DNA of 63,818 nucleotides, the filler included, from Saprolegnia diclina VS20 (Eukaryota), in assembly GCF_000281045.1 (NCBI RefSeq). It is 4 parts of 2 records of this genome, joined end to end, with 100 filler letters (N's around TTAATTAATTAA, not from the genome) between each part and the next. Parts side by side here need not be neighbours in the genome. Positions count along the whole stretch, not along the records: positions 1 to 14,122 come from NW_008246094.1; positions 14,223 to 38,397 come from NW_008246094.1; 2 more parts are not named here. One strand, given 5' to 3'. A program made the position numbers and the translations under genes. Under the pieces are notes generated by a model. The model was not told the DNA's origin. It saw only the letters and a list, made by a program, of their open reading frames with translations, and made no database searches. This document shows positions 11,216 through 22,438 of this stretch, piece by piece (position 1 is the stretch's first letter; each line of letters starts with the position of its first letter).

Positions 11216-12481
11216 ATGGACAGCGACGACCTAGCGGACCTCGACCTCCTCGACTTGCTGCCCGCAGCAGACGTTGGCTCGCTCGCCTTCCTTGATGTAG
11301 CCGCGCCCCGGAAACGCCGGCGGGTCAATCGCTTGGCCGTCGACCTCGTGGCGCTGCGCGGCCAAGCCGCCGAGCTGAGCAGCTGCGTCGCGGCCTTGCG
11401 CGCCCAGCGCGGCTGCCCCAAGGAAGCGTCGCCGTACGGTCGCCTCGCATTGAAGCAGAAGGCGCTCAAAGACCGAGCGCTCACGGAGCAGGCCGAGCTG
11501 CGCGCGCTGCTGGCCGAGCAACATGCATTCCGCGCCTTTCTCGAGAGGGCGCTTCTCAAGCGTCCGCGCAGCATGGTCCGTTGCCCTCTTTTTGCGCATG
11601 TGCACAAGCGCGCTCTTTCGTAGATGCTCAAGGTCGAAGACTCAAAATGGCGCCGTTATGCTCTCGGAGCGACGGCCGAGGCTCGCGTATCGGCCATCAA
11701 TGCCATCGCGGACCGGCAGTACGAGCTCCTCGAGTCCGAGATGCTTGCGAAAGGCCTCTTCGAGCCATCGGAAGATGTATTCAACGTATTCACAAGCCTC
11801 TCGGACTGTACAATGACATCCGAGGCAATGCGCTACACGACGCTGCCCGTCCCCATGACGCGTGCTGCCGCTGTCGCGATCGAGCTCATGCGGGAGCGCC
11901 ACGCAATGGCTTCATCCGCGCAAGATGGCGACATCTATGCGCCGCACGGGCACACGTCCCACGACATGCACCGCATTGACGACCGCACGACGTATGTTCG
12001 CAGCGTGTACGCGCCACCGGGTGCTCTCGTTGTGACGTCAAGCATGATCACAAAGACGTACGAGCAGCACGGTGTCGTGACGATCGTGTGGCGCAGTGTG
12101 CTAGAGGATGAAGGCGTCCCGCGCATTCCAGCGTCTTTTGTCAACGACGAGCACGGCTGGTGCGATCAAATGCATGAACACCCATGTTCTTCTGCTACGA
12201 CTATGTACATTAGGATTCAGCTGCGCCAAGACGACGCAGAAACGACGCGGTACACAGCCTATGTCCGCGTGGCCAACCCAATCGCACCGCAGAGCGCCGA
12301 CGTAGACAAGCTCGACGATCTCATGCAGATGCTCTATGTCGGGACAAAAGTTGATTCGCTACGTCAAGCCGACTTGACTGCGACCGTGCAAGCATCGTTT
12401 CGGGCCATGGTTGCGCAGTTTGAAGCGCTCGTTGTGCAGCGGGCTTCGATTACGACAGAGAACGCGCGAGACGTCCAATAA
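11216..12481 (+). CDS. Same family, copy C, inverted orientation (exons 11216-11575, 11624-12159, 12214-12481)
   Basis: LLDLLP..LAFLD, RKRRRV, QKALK, AINAIADRQY, VWRSVLEDE..NDEHGW, TRYTAYVR. The second intron (54 nt) is in frame. Confidence 0.82.
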
Positions 12482-12629
12482 GCAAGAACTACGTGCTTAT
12501 GTTCTAGATAACGTGAACCACCTTCGGTCGATCACTACTATCAATGTCCATATGGCTTGTATTACCCATACACCGAAAGGTTTGTGTACATTTGTACTTG
12601 TACAGGAAAAAAGTATATTACAAAATGAG

Positions 12630-13915
12630 TTATTTGGCCATGAGCTGAATCTCATGTTCAAAGTGGGTTGTGGCGCGAACGAACGCGTTGCGCACCGTGT
12701 CGACGAGCGTGTCACTCGTGTTTCGGAGTGGCGCCGCGTGCTCGGCCAAGTCGATCATTTGCACGAGGTCGCTCAGGTGATCGACGCTGCTAGAGACGTG
12801 TGGCACGGACGAGCTCAGAAAGACTTTGTAGTGTACGTGCGCCTCGTCTTTTTGTTCGAAATAGAGCCTATTGCGATATTGAGACGCCTAATTCAAAGGG
12901 CATTTGACGCACCAGCCGTATTCGTCATTCACAAAGCTGCCAACGGCCGGCGGCAAGAGCTCGTCGTGAAGCACACTGCGCCACACGACGCACACGTTGC
13001 CCGTCGACGGCTCGACGAAGCGCTTGATGACGAGGCTCGTTGCCACTTGCACCTTGCCTCGCGGGTGCGTCAAGAGCTCCCGCGTGTACATGGTGTCGGC
13101 ATCCAGCATCTGCACGTGCTTGGTCGTATCGATCGCCGCCGAGTGGCGGTCGCGGGCCGCAGCCTCGCGCTCGAGAATCTCTTGGCGCCGCCCGAGCACC
13201 CCCATGGCCACGTCGGGCACATGCGCCATCGCAGCTTGCAGCACCGTGTACCGGACACCCTCGGCCGTGCACGATCGCGGGTCGTGGGTCGCGAGCTTCA
13301 CCTCGAGGAGGTCCGACAGCATTGGGCCAAAGAGCCCTTTCGTCACCATTTCGGTCTCGACCATTTCATACTGGCGGTCTGCGATCGCGTGGATGGCAGC
13401 GACGCGCGCGTCACTCTCGGCGGGGAGGGTGAGCGACCGCCAGCGCTCGTCGACGAGCTTGTCCATCTAGAACATGACCTCGTCCTCGACGTACTCCTAT
13501 ATAGAGGACGTACAATGGCAGTGATTGCGCGTGGCCGCTTGAGCAGCATGCGCTCCAAGTAGTCGCGGTACTCGTTCTGTTCGGCAATGTACCCACGTAG
13601 CTCGTCGTTGTCGCGCATCGCCTTGAGCTTGAGAGCTTTCTGGTTCATGGCAACGCGCTCCCACTTCGCGTCGACATCGGAAAGGCCCTGGACCTTAAGG
13701 GCGGAGACGCGCTGGAGGTGGTCGAGCTCGGCAGCGAGATGCGCATGCTCACTGCGCAGTGCATCCAGCACGGTCTTGGTCTGGACGCGCTTCCGCCGCT
13801 TGGCACGGCCCGTTGGCGAGATCTCGAGCGCTGCCGAGCTCTCGCTGGATGGCGCGTCATCTAGAAAGCCGAGAATATCGTCCGACGGTGGCGGCAGCAG
13901 GTCAAGAAGGTTCAT
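12630..13915 (-). CDS. Same family, copy D (exons 13915-13514, 13466-12913, 12867-12630)
   Basis: MNLLDLLPP..LGFLDD, KRRKRV, NQKALKLKAMRDNDELR, AIHAIADRQY, VWRSVLHDE..NDEYGW. Confidence 0.82.
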
Positions 13916-14122
13916 CGCGGTCTGACCTCCTCACCGCGACCGTGGCGTCGACTTGATTACAACATCAACTGGTCGGCGGTAATCAAAAGGTCAGATATTT
14001 GCTGTATCGGATATTTGCCAAACTACAGTATCAGCCCGAATCCGACCCAAGTCCAGCGGTAAAAACGTGTGCACAATCAAAGAGATCAGACGAAATGTAG
14101 TGCATGACGCCGCGTTATCATG

Positions 14123-14222
14123 NNNNNNNNNNNNNNNNNNNNNNNNNNNNNNNNNNNNNNNNNNNNTTAATTAATTAANNNNNNNNNNNNNNNNNNNNNN
14201 NNNNNNNNNNNNNNNNNNNNNN
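14123..14222. other. Assembly gap containing an artificial TTAATTAATTAA spacer (same at 38442-38453 and 62231-62242)
   Basis: Identical 12-mer with stops in all six frames, centred in 100-nt N blocks three times. Confidence 0.95.
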
Positions 14223-14279
14223 AATGGCGTGGATTGGTGGCAAAGGCTGCTTTTCAGCCAATCAGAAATGTACAATGCT

Positions 14280-14340
14280 CATTCATGAAATTCACGCTTG
14301 CAAAATCACTCTAATAGAGTGCACGTGAATTTCATGAATG
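14280..14340. repeat. 17-bp perfect inverted repeat enclosing a 7-bp hairpin
   Basis: CATTCATGAAATTCACG (14280-14296) and CGTGAATTTCATGAATG (14324-14340). Inner CACTCTA-A-TAGAGTG (14307-14321). Confidence 0.85.
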
Positions 14341-14347
14341 GAGCAAG

Positions 14348-14932
14348 TTGTCACATGTCGCATGCGCCCGTCGGATGAATTCCACCGAAAAAATGTACGA
14401 TGGGACCCCCTCAATCCTGAACCGTTTTTCCGGGTCGCCACTCATTTTTTTACTTGCGCTGAGTATTGGCGAGGAGGCTCCACAGACGACGAGAAAGGCG
14501 TTTCGCTTCACCGTGGCCTCGGACGTGGATCTCCTCAAAGAAGTCATGTTTGTGAGCCCATACGATTGCCAGTACGGTCAGATCGCAAAGCGCTGGGAAG
14601 ATGATGACCCCGAAGAAAGCGACAGCGCGGCAACGCCGTCCAAGAAGGTCAAGAAAGAAGGCCGCGGGGCGATCAAGGACGTGGCGTCTGTTGTCGTTGA
14701 CTTTACTTCTATCATAGAGTCTTCCAACAAGCTCAAGCAAGACGAGATTTCTGCGAAGAAGGAGGAAACCGCAGTGGCCCAGCGCCGACATGAGCTTGAT
14801 GAGCAACGGTACCTGCTTGAAAAAGCAGAGCGCGAAGCACGGTTCCAGTTGGAGCGATCGGAGCGCGAGGTCCAGCTTGAATTCATTCGAAGCACCATCG
14901 AATTAATGCGCTCTCTCGGAAACAAGATTTAA
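14348..14932 (+). CDS. PIF/Harbinger accessory (Myb/SANT-like + coiled-coil) ORF, probably internally deleted; true start uncertain
   Basis: RKAFRFTVASDVDLLKEVMFVSPYD..W followed by a charged coil (EKAEREARFQLERSERE). Convergent with a Harbinger transposase. Confidence 0.6.
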   Translation: MSHVACARRMNSTEKMYDGTPSILNRFSGSPLIFLLALSIGEEAPQTTRKAFRFTVASDVDLLKEVMFVSPYDCQYGQIAKRWEDDDPEESDSAATPSKKVKKEGRGAIKDVASVVVDFTSIIESSNKLKQDEISAKKEETAVAQRRHELDEQRYLLEKAEREARFQLERSEREVQLEFIRSTIELMRSLGNKI

Positions 14933-15636
14933 GCCAACTCAATCAATTCTTGTTTGGCGGGATCTCCGTCGATAACGTATCGGGTGTCGCCTACACGTAG
15001 CTTGTTTTGGAGCTTTTCGACAAGCTTGCTCTGTGCTAGTAAGTAGGCGTCATGGCGAGAGCCAGGCTCGGGTCCATGAAGGTGCACGATAATGCCATCG
15101 GGGCCGTCACAGCTTGATACTTCAGTGCATGCTTTCGCTACGGTAGGCGAAATGTTAGCGCCTCGTTATACAATCGTGTAGATACCTTGTGTCCGTTGTA
15201 TACGGCCCTCTGTACTGCCCATCCTGGGCGGCAAATGCCACGCACGGCGCCATCAATGAAGCCGATGCAAGTTGCAAGGGGAGCCCCTTGAGCATGGATA
15301 GCGGCCGAACAGTGTTACATCCAGCCGGCGTCAAGTCGAGCTTCGTCCAACTCGAGCAAGTGATGGAAGCAGTCGTACACGTGCATCATTACGTGGTTGC
15401 TGATCGCGGACAAGGCCTCGCGGCTGCGTCCAATCGTCTCGACCATGGTGTCAAGCCGATGCGGCAACGCGAGCCGGTTGAGCATGATACAGATCGCTTC
15501 CAACGGATCGGCTTTGTAGCGGTGCGTCGTGATGATTTCGTCGGGGAAACACAGAAAGCGCACGAGCTCGACGATCTGCTGCTTGGTAAATCGGAACTTG
15601 TACACGCAGTCCGTATCGGATTGCGCGCTAAAGTTG
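14929..15636 (-). pseudogene. PIF/Harbinger (DDE_Tnp_4/HARBI1-like) transposase pseudogene
   Basis: FRFTKQQI..EAICIMLNRLA.P.RL..GRS, in-frame TAA at 15315-15317, CIGFIDG..ICRPG..YNGHK, intron 15185-15138, RKHALKYQAV, 1-nt frameshift, DGIIVHLHGPEPGSRHDA, then DGDPA and abrupt end. The 5' part is lost in a gap. Confidence 0.85.
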
Positions 15637-15736
15637 NNNNNNNNNNNNNNNNNNNNNNNNNNNNNNNNNNNNNNNNNNNNNNNNNNNNNNNNNNNNNNNN
15701 NNNNNNNNNNNNNNNNNNNNNNNNNNNNNNNNNNNN

Positions 15737-16537
15737 GTAGCGAATGAAGGTTTGCGGAACGTAGGTGAGCTTGTCGAGCGGGTGCCACGCGCCGTCTTCA
15801 AAGTACTCGCACTTGTCGCGCTGCACGTGAACGGCGATGACGTGCTGGATGAAGCCCGGGTCCTGAGCCGACGTGACGTGGTACATGCCGAGGCCTTTGT
15901 CAATGCAGAACCGGCGCACGTCATTGGCCTTGTCACTGCCCCCCGTCTGCTCGACCTCGAACTTCTTCTTGAGGACCGTGCGGTTGAAGCGATACCCGTG
16001 CTTCCAGAGGAAATTCTTGAGCAGGTCTTCTTCCGGCCCCGTGATGCCCGTGCCAAGTTTGAGGCCAAGCTTGTTGACAACGAACGCATCGACGTCAGCC
16101 CGCGTGCACGTGAGGGCCATGTTGTAGCGCTGGGCCATCGCCATGTGGAGGTCTTCCACGCACGTATTGGCCGAATGGTTGCCCTTGGAGCAAAAGCGAA
16201 TCGGTGGTGGTTCATAAAGACGAGCGAGTGGAGGAGCATCAGCAGCACGATCGCCATCACCCGCGCCAGCTGCAGAGTCGTTCGCTGCGCTACTGCCGAC
16301 TAGGGCAGGCTGCTCCGGCGACGGACGCGCAGCAGGCGCTTGACGTATGCCAGTCACGATGGCCTGCCCTGCGTTGGTATTGCGTTGGCCCGGCGTGGGC
16401 AACGAGGTGCCTGCGCCATGATCATGTAGCTCGGTGCGTGAGAGCGTCTTCTCCAAGAGCTTTGCCCTCGCCTTGGCTCGGCGTACGTTCGAGAGCCGCT
16501 TCTTCTTCTTCGGCGGCTCGTGTCGGATCGCAACCAT
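15737..16537 (-). CDS. Hypothetical, probably TE-associated protein; 3' end lost in gap
   Basis: Open frame with NLS-like PPKKKKR, low-complexity linker, then a globular domain (ANTCVE...QHVIAVHV..YFED) with GC3-rich codons. Confidence 0.45.
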
Positions 16538-16599
16538 CGCAAATGCAATACCTGCACAAACACATGCTTCGGTTCGAAAGATATCAAGTTGTAGAGTTC

Positions 16600-18070
16600 G
16601 ATTATCCGTCCCAACCGGAGCTCTTGCCCAACCAACGGTTCAGGAGCATTCCAGCTTTTCCCACGCAGCAGAGACCCAACGAGACTGGTCCGAGGTCCAC
16701 AAAGGTCGCGGAGAGTTTGCGCTGGTGACGGTCGCGACCGACTGGCCTCGATGGCTACTGGTCCTTCGGGACCGTTGACCATCGACTCGGCTGGGAAGTC
16801 ATGACCTCACTCGCAGGCATAGTCACGACCGGACCGGGACCAGCTCCGAGTGTTCCTGCTTCGATCACGCCTCCCGTTCGCCGCACCCAGGTGAGTCTTG
16901 CACAGCTGTATCGATGACCTGCATGGATGACTCACCTCTATTTGCAGCTCCCGACTCGAGCAAGTGTCATCTCCATCCACGATTTAACATCCTCCTTATA
17001 TCTTGTGTTGTATGGGTTTGCATCGCAACAGTTGATCGTTCGCGGTTGTTGGACCCGTGTGTGGTCATGTACAGGTAGCGACTTTGACATACTAGTAGTG
17101 CAGGAAAGGGACGCCGCCCTGCGTCAGCAGTAGGTGGGAACGGCAGAAAGGTGGTTCCGCGCACAAGAAGAAGCGGTGTATGTGTGAGCTGCCGTACTTC
17201 CACGGGCACCGGCAAAATCGTGCCCACCGAAGACCACCGTCCATAGCGCTACTTGTATTTACAGTTCTCGTCGGTGGCACCCCTCACTTCCCTTGCGGAT
17301 CCATGACAAAATGGCAAACATATGTAACTTCCGGATGATTTACGCGTTTCTAGAGAACAATTATCCGTCCCAACGGCCGTCTTGCCCAACCGACAGCCCC
17401 AACCGACTGCAGCCTTCCGTTCATTTCTGCTTTCCCCACGCCGCGCTTACGAAGAGGCTGGCTCATGACGGTCGGGTCTTATCTGCGATCGCGCGGGCGC
17501 GATGGACCTCCCGCGGTGGTCTTGAGCCTTCGGGCCCATATACCATCGTACGGCTGGGCTGTCGTGACCGTGCACGCAGTCTTCTCACGACTGGCGAGGG
17601 CAAGTCTCTTTGTGCGCCACTTGCTTCGGTCACGCCTGCCATGCGCCGCACTCAGGTGAGTATTGCACAGCTGTCGTGATCGATCTTCATGGACGACTCA
17701 CCTTCATTTGCAGCTCGCGATCTCAGCATGCTCTATGGACCAACTACATGAGCCACCTCGATCTACGATCTAGTGTAGTCAACCTACCTTGTGTTGTATG
17801 GTTTTGCATCGCACTTGGTCAGGGTCAGTGATCAGCACCGTTGGCGCTTTGTGCACAGGTATATACGTTGGCGTAGTACTAGTAAAGGGCAAAGGAGCCC
17901 TTCGTTGGCAATGACGGTGGATTTGTTGGCAGTGGCAATGGTCCATTAGGCGGTGGGGATTGCCGCGAGCTGGTCGCGCTGTGCAGCAGCAAGCCGTGAC
18001 CGTGGGAGTTTGACACGACCGTGCGCATCTAAGAACCACCTTCGGCACCATCCAAAGCACAACTTGTAGC
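16600..18070. repeat. Two diverged direct repeats (~16600-17260 and ~17360-18070), LTR-like or non-autonomous element
   Basis: Colinear shared blocks: TTATCCGTCCCAAC, TCTTGCCCAACC, CGCCGCACYCAGGTGAGT.TTGCACAGCTGT, GACTCACC..ATTTGCAGCTC, CTTGTGTTGTATGGKTTTGCATCGCA, TACTAGTA, ACTTGTA. Confidence 0.75.
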
Positions 18071-18352
18071 TCTACGCGAGCGGGCTGCTGGAGTGGGTTG
18101 CACGTTTTGATCCTCGATAACACTGATTGTACGACTCGACTGTCCACGCGGCAGAGCTCTTGGCCTCTACGAGACGTCTACCATGCACTGGTACCTCCTA
18201 CACTGGTGCTGAGCACGATGTATGCTTACGCTCCTGAGCGAGCTTCCTGGCGACGTCGACGTTGGCGCCAATATTCACACTATTTAGTGTCAAATCTTTA
18301 ATACAGTATTTGGGTTTGCCACGGCCAGCGCAATTGATTGAACGGCGCAGCA

Positions 18353-21307
18353 ATGTTCCGTCGGGTAAAGGCGTTCGACCAAGCGGCGCCGGCCAACTAT
18401 GTCGCCGGTCTTGGCCGCGGTGCGATCGGCTTCACGACGCGCTCCGACATCGGCCCCGCGCGGCCGGACGACCCCGTGGACATGCTCGGCGCGATGGGCC
18501 GTGGACGGGGTACGGCGCCGCCGCCGATGCCGCCGGGCGGTCTCATGATGGGTGGCATGCCCATCGGCATGCCTGGTGGCGGACGTGGCTCTGGTACAGC
18601 TGGCGTCGGCGGCTTTGGCCGCGAGACGGACGAGAGCGGCGACCGCGGCGACTACAGCGAGACCAACTACGACGAGTTCTCGGGCTACACGGGCGCAGGC
18701 CTTTTCAACGACACGCCGTACGACCAGGACGACGCAGAGGCCGATGATATTTATGCAAAGATCGACGAACGCATGGACTCGAAGCGGAAGCGCCGACGCG
18801 AGATGAAGCAGCTCGAAGACATCAAGAAGGCGCGGCGCGAGCGGCCCAAGATCTCGGACCAGTTTGCCGACCTCAAGACGACGCTTTCGACGGTGAGCGA
18901 TGCCGAATGGGAGGCGATTCCCGACATTGGCGACCACTCGCTGCGCTACAAGCAGCAGCGCCGCGCCGAGATCTACACGCCGGTGCCCGACAGCCTCCTC
19001 GACGCGCGGGCGCAGACGACCAACACGGTCGTCGGCACGGACACGCCGAGCGGCCTCGCATCGACGGTCGGCGGCATGACGTCGTCCTTCACAGGCCTCG
19101 CGGAAGCGCGCGGCGCCGTGCTCTCGCTCAAGCTTGACAAGATGTCGGACTCGATCTCGGGCCAGACGGTCGTGGACCCGAAAGGGTATCTCACGGATCT
19201 CAACAGCCTCAAGATCACGAGCGACGCCGAAGTCGGCGACATCAAGAAGGCGCGGCTCCTCATGCGCAGCGTGACGCTCACCAACCCCAAGCACGCGCCG
19301 GGCTGGATCGCGGCTGCGCGCCTCGAGGAAGTCGCGGGAAAGCTCGTCCAAGCGCGGAGCATCATCGCCTCGGGGTGCGAAGCGTGTCCGACCAACGAAG
19401 ACGTGTGGCTCGAAGCTGCGCGGCTCCAGACGCCCGAGAACGCCAAGAAAATTCTCGCGACCGCCGTCCGCCACGTCCCGACCAGCACCAAGGTGTGGCT
19501 TGCGGCCGCCAAGCTCGAAGGCTCAGACGAAGCGACGAAACTCGTGCTCCGGCGCGCGCTCGAGTTCATTCCGGGCGCCGTCGCCATCTGGAAAGCGGTG
19601 ATTGAACTCGAAGACGCGGACGGCGCACGGCTCATGCTCGGCCGCGCGGTCGAGTGTGTGCCCGAGTCGGTTGACATGTGGCTGGCGCTCGCGCGCCTCG
19701 AGACGTACGACCACGCCAAGCGAACGCTCAACCGCGCGCGCACGACGATTCCGACCGACCCGACGATCTGGATCGCAGCCGCCAAGCTCGAAGAGGCCAA
19801 CGGGAAGGGCGCCAACGTCGACAAGATCATCCAAGCCGCGCTGCGGTCCCTCTCGCGCAACGACGTGGTCATTGACCGCAACACGTGGCTCCAGGAAGCG
19901 GAAGCGTGCGAGCTCGCGGGCGCGCCCTTGACCTGCGCCGCGCTCGTCCGCCAAACGCTCGTACGTATATTTTCTTATTGCCAATTGCTGATATGGAATG
20001 GCGTTTAGAACTTGGGCGTCGAAGACGAGGACCGGAAGCGCACGTGGATGGACGACGCCGAGACGTTCACCGCCCGCAGCGCGTTTGCGACGGCCAAGGC
20101 CATTTACGCCCACGCCCTCGAGACGTTTCCCGCGAAAAAGTCGATTTGGCTCCGCGCAGTCGCGCTCGAGAAGCAAATCAACACGCCCGATTCGAAAGCG
20201 CATGCGATGGCGCTCCTCGTCGCGTCGATTGCCGCGTGTCCGCACTGCGAGCTGCTGTGGCTCATGGCGGCCAAAGAAGCATGGCTCCAAGGCAGCGTCG
20301 AGGACGCGCGCTCGATCTTGCGCAAAGCGTTCAGCGCCAACCCCAACAGCGAAGAGATTTGGCTCGCGGCCGTCAAGCTCGAGTGGGAAAACAACGAAAT
20401 TGCGCGCGCGCGGGCGCTTTTGGCGAAAGCACGGTCGGTCGCGCCCACGGCCCGCGTCTGGATGAAGTCGGTGCTGCTCGAGCGCGAGACGGCGCGCGGC
20501 GAGGCCGAAGAGGACCTTCTCAAGTCGGGCATGGCCAACTACAAGACCTTTGACAAGCTCTACATGATGGCGGGTCAATTTTACGAAGACCACGAGCAGT
20601 GGGAGGCGGCGCGCCAGGCGTACCGCGACGGTATCGCTGCGTGCCCCAAGTCGGTGCCGCTTTGGCGCCTCTCGAGCCGCCTCGAGGAGAAGCTCCAGGG
20701 CGCGACGAAAGCCCGGTCGGTGCTCGAGGTCGCGCGCCTCCGCAACCCGAAGAACGACCTTCTCTGGCTCGAAGCCATTCGCCTCGAGGGCCGGCACGCC
20801 AACGTCAAGGGCCAAGAAAACCTTCTCGCCAAGGCGCTCCAGGTACGATTGGCTACCGCGAATGACGCACTCTACAATCGGTATTAGGACTGCCCGGACT
20901 CGGGGCTCTTGCTAGCCGCGTCGATCGACATGGCGCCGCGGACGCAGAAGAAGCGCGTGTCCCTCGAGGCGCTCAAGAAGAAGGACAACGACCCGTCCGT
21001 GTGTCTCTCGGTCGCCAAGCTCTTTTGGCACGAGCGCAAGATCACCAAGGCGCGCAAGTGGCTCGAGCGCACGGTGCAGCTGAACCCCGACTTTGGCGAC
21101 GGTTGGGCCACATACTATGCGTTTGAGCTCAAGGACGGCAACGAGAGCCAACGAAGCAGCGTGCTCGAGCGCTGCGTGCAGGCCGAGCCGCGCCACGGCG
21201 AGCTCTGGTGCGCGATTTCCAAGCAAACAGCCTATCGCAAGAAGCCGACGCGGGAGCTCCTCAAGCTTGTCGTCGCGTCCCTGCCCGTGCTGCAGCAGGA
21301 TGCGTAA
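18353..21307 (+). CDS. PRP6: Pre-mRNA splicing factor 6 (exons 18353-19960, 20009-20842, 20888-21307)
   Basis: APANYVAGLGRGAIGFTTRSDIGPA, DPKGYLTDL, DIKKARLL..TNPKHAPGWIAAARLEE, HAT repeats, EPRHGELW. Confidence 0.97.
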
Positions 21308-21459
21308 TGTACTCAAGCACATCAGCTGTCCGTCGCTGCATTGTTGTTCACGGACGCAAGTGGCTGTCGCGAGGTTTGGTGGATCAAGCACACTCTATAT
21401 AAGCACAGTGCAGGGTCGTGGTATGGTACAGATATAGCTAAAAGACGACAAAGAGACGA

Positions 21460-21840
21460 CTAGAACGGAAGCGGCGCGACGTAGCGCACGGTCTCGGGCA
21501 GCGTGTCGTATGTGGCGGCCTTGGCCTTGGAGCCATAGCAGAGACTCCGCGAGTCCATTTCGCGGAAGAGGATCACACTCCACTTGCATTCGCCCGAGCA
21601 GTAGCAGTCGTCGGCCATGACGGACCGCAGCGAGTAGAACGAGACACCGCAGTTGCTGCATGTCCACGGCAAGCCCGAAACGCCGTGCTTTCGTCGGGGC
21701 AAGACTGCGTCGTCGGCGTCATCGTCGTCGATGAGGAGCCACGAAGCCATGGCGGCCGAATCGGCCGGGCTCATGTAGCCGTCGTCGACCGCGTCCATGT
21801 TGCTTAGCACGGCGACAGGCGCTTGTTCGCACTCGACCAT
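21460..21840 (-). CDS. Small FCS/FLZ-type (treble-clef) zinc-finger protein
   Basis: 126-aa ORF containing WTCSNCGVSF...YCSGECKW. Confidence 0.6.
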   Translation of the reverse strand: MVECEQAPVAVLSNMDAVDDGYMSPADSAAMASWLLIDDDDADDAVLPRRKHGVSGLPWTCSNCGVSFYSLRSVMADDCYCSGECKWSVILFREMDSRSLCYGSKAKAATYDTLPETVRYVAPLPF

Positions 21841-22438
21841 CGCGCGATCTTGGGAAAATGGGCCGCAAGATGATGATGTTCCAGCACCCAGATCTGAGTG
21901 GAAACCTCTCTCTTTTTATACTTCCGGCTTTGCCACGCGGAATCGCGCATTGTGCCGCCACGCGATAACCTCTCAGAATGCATGCCATCGAGAACGCGTT
22001 CCGTTCGATATCCGCATAGTCTTTCTTTATCCGGAAGATCCATCCCAAGAAGTAGCGGGCGTGTTGCCCCAAGGTGCCGCGCCGAATCTATTTATATCGA
22101 GGTCGAGGCGTGACGCGCCATGCGTCCGAGCCCGCGGGCCCGAATTGGTCGGTGAAAGGGCACTTTGCAAGAACGGTTTTGCGCCAAAACCGCAGGTCGT
22201 GCCACGTGTACTTCGAAATACCGCGTCGAAACCATCACCGACGCTAAAGTGTCCGAGTAGCGACCATCAAGCCACGACTTTTGACTCTGGCATACCAGTT
22301 GCACAGTTGCAGACGGAGAGCAGCGGTAGCACGAACTCATGCTTTCGACGTTATCGCAGCTGCAGTGGGGCGACTCGACTCGTGGGCAGCTAAATGCTAA
22401 AACGCGTCAATTGTTCAATCGCTCTGTTGTGGATTGCA

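Noticed and set aside
14167..14178. TTAATTAATTAA palindrome (also at 38442 and 62231) as a piggyBac target or regulatory site
   Set aside because: It is centred in N-runs each time and is a scaffolding spacer with six-frame stops.
15389..16537. 382-aa ORF joining the orphan domain to the Harbinger region
   Set aside because: It reads through an N gap, and the downstream part is not in the transposase frame.
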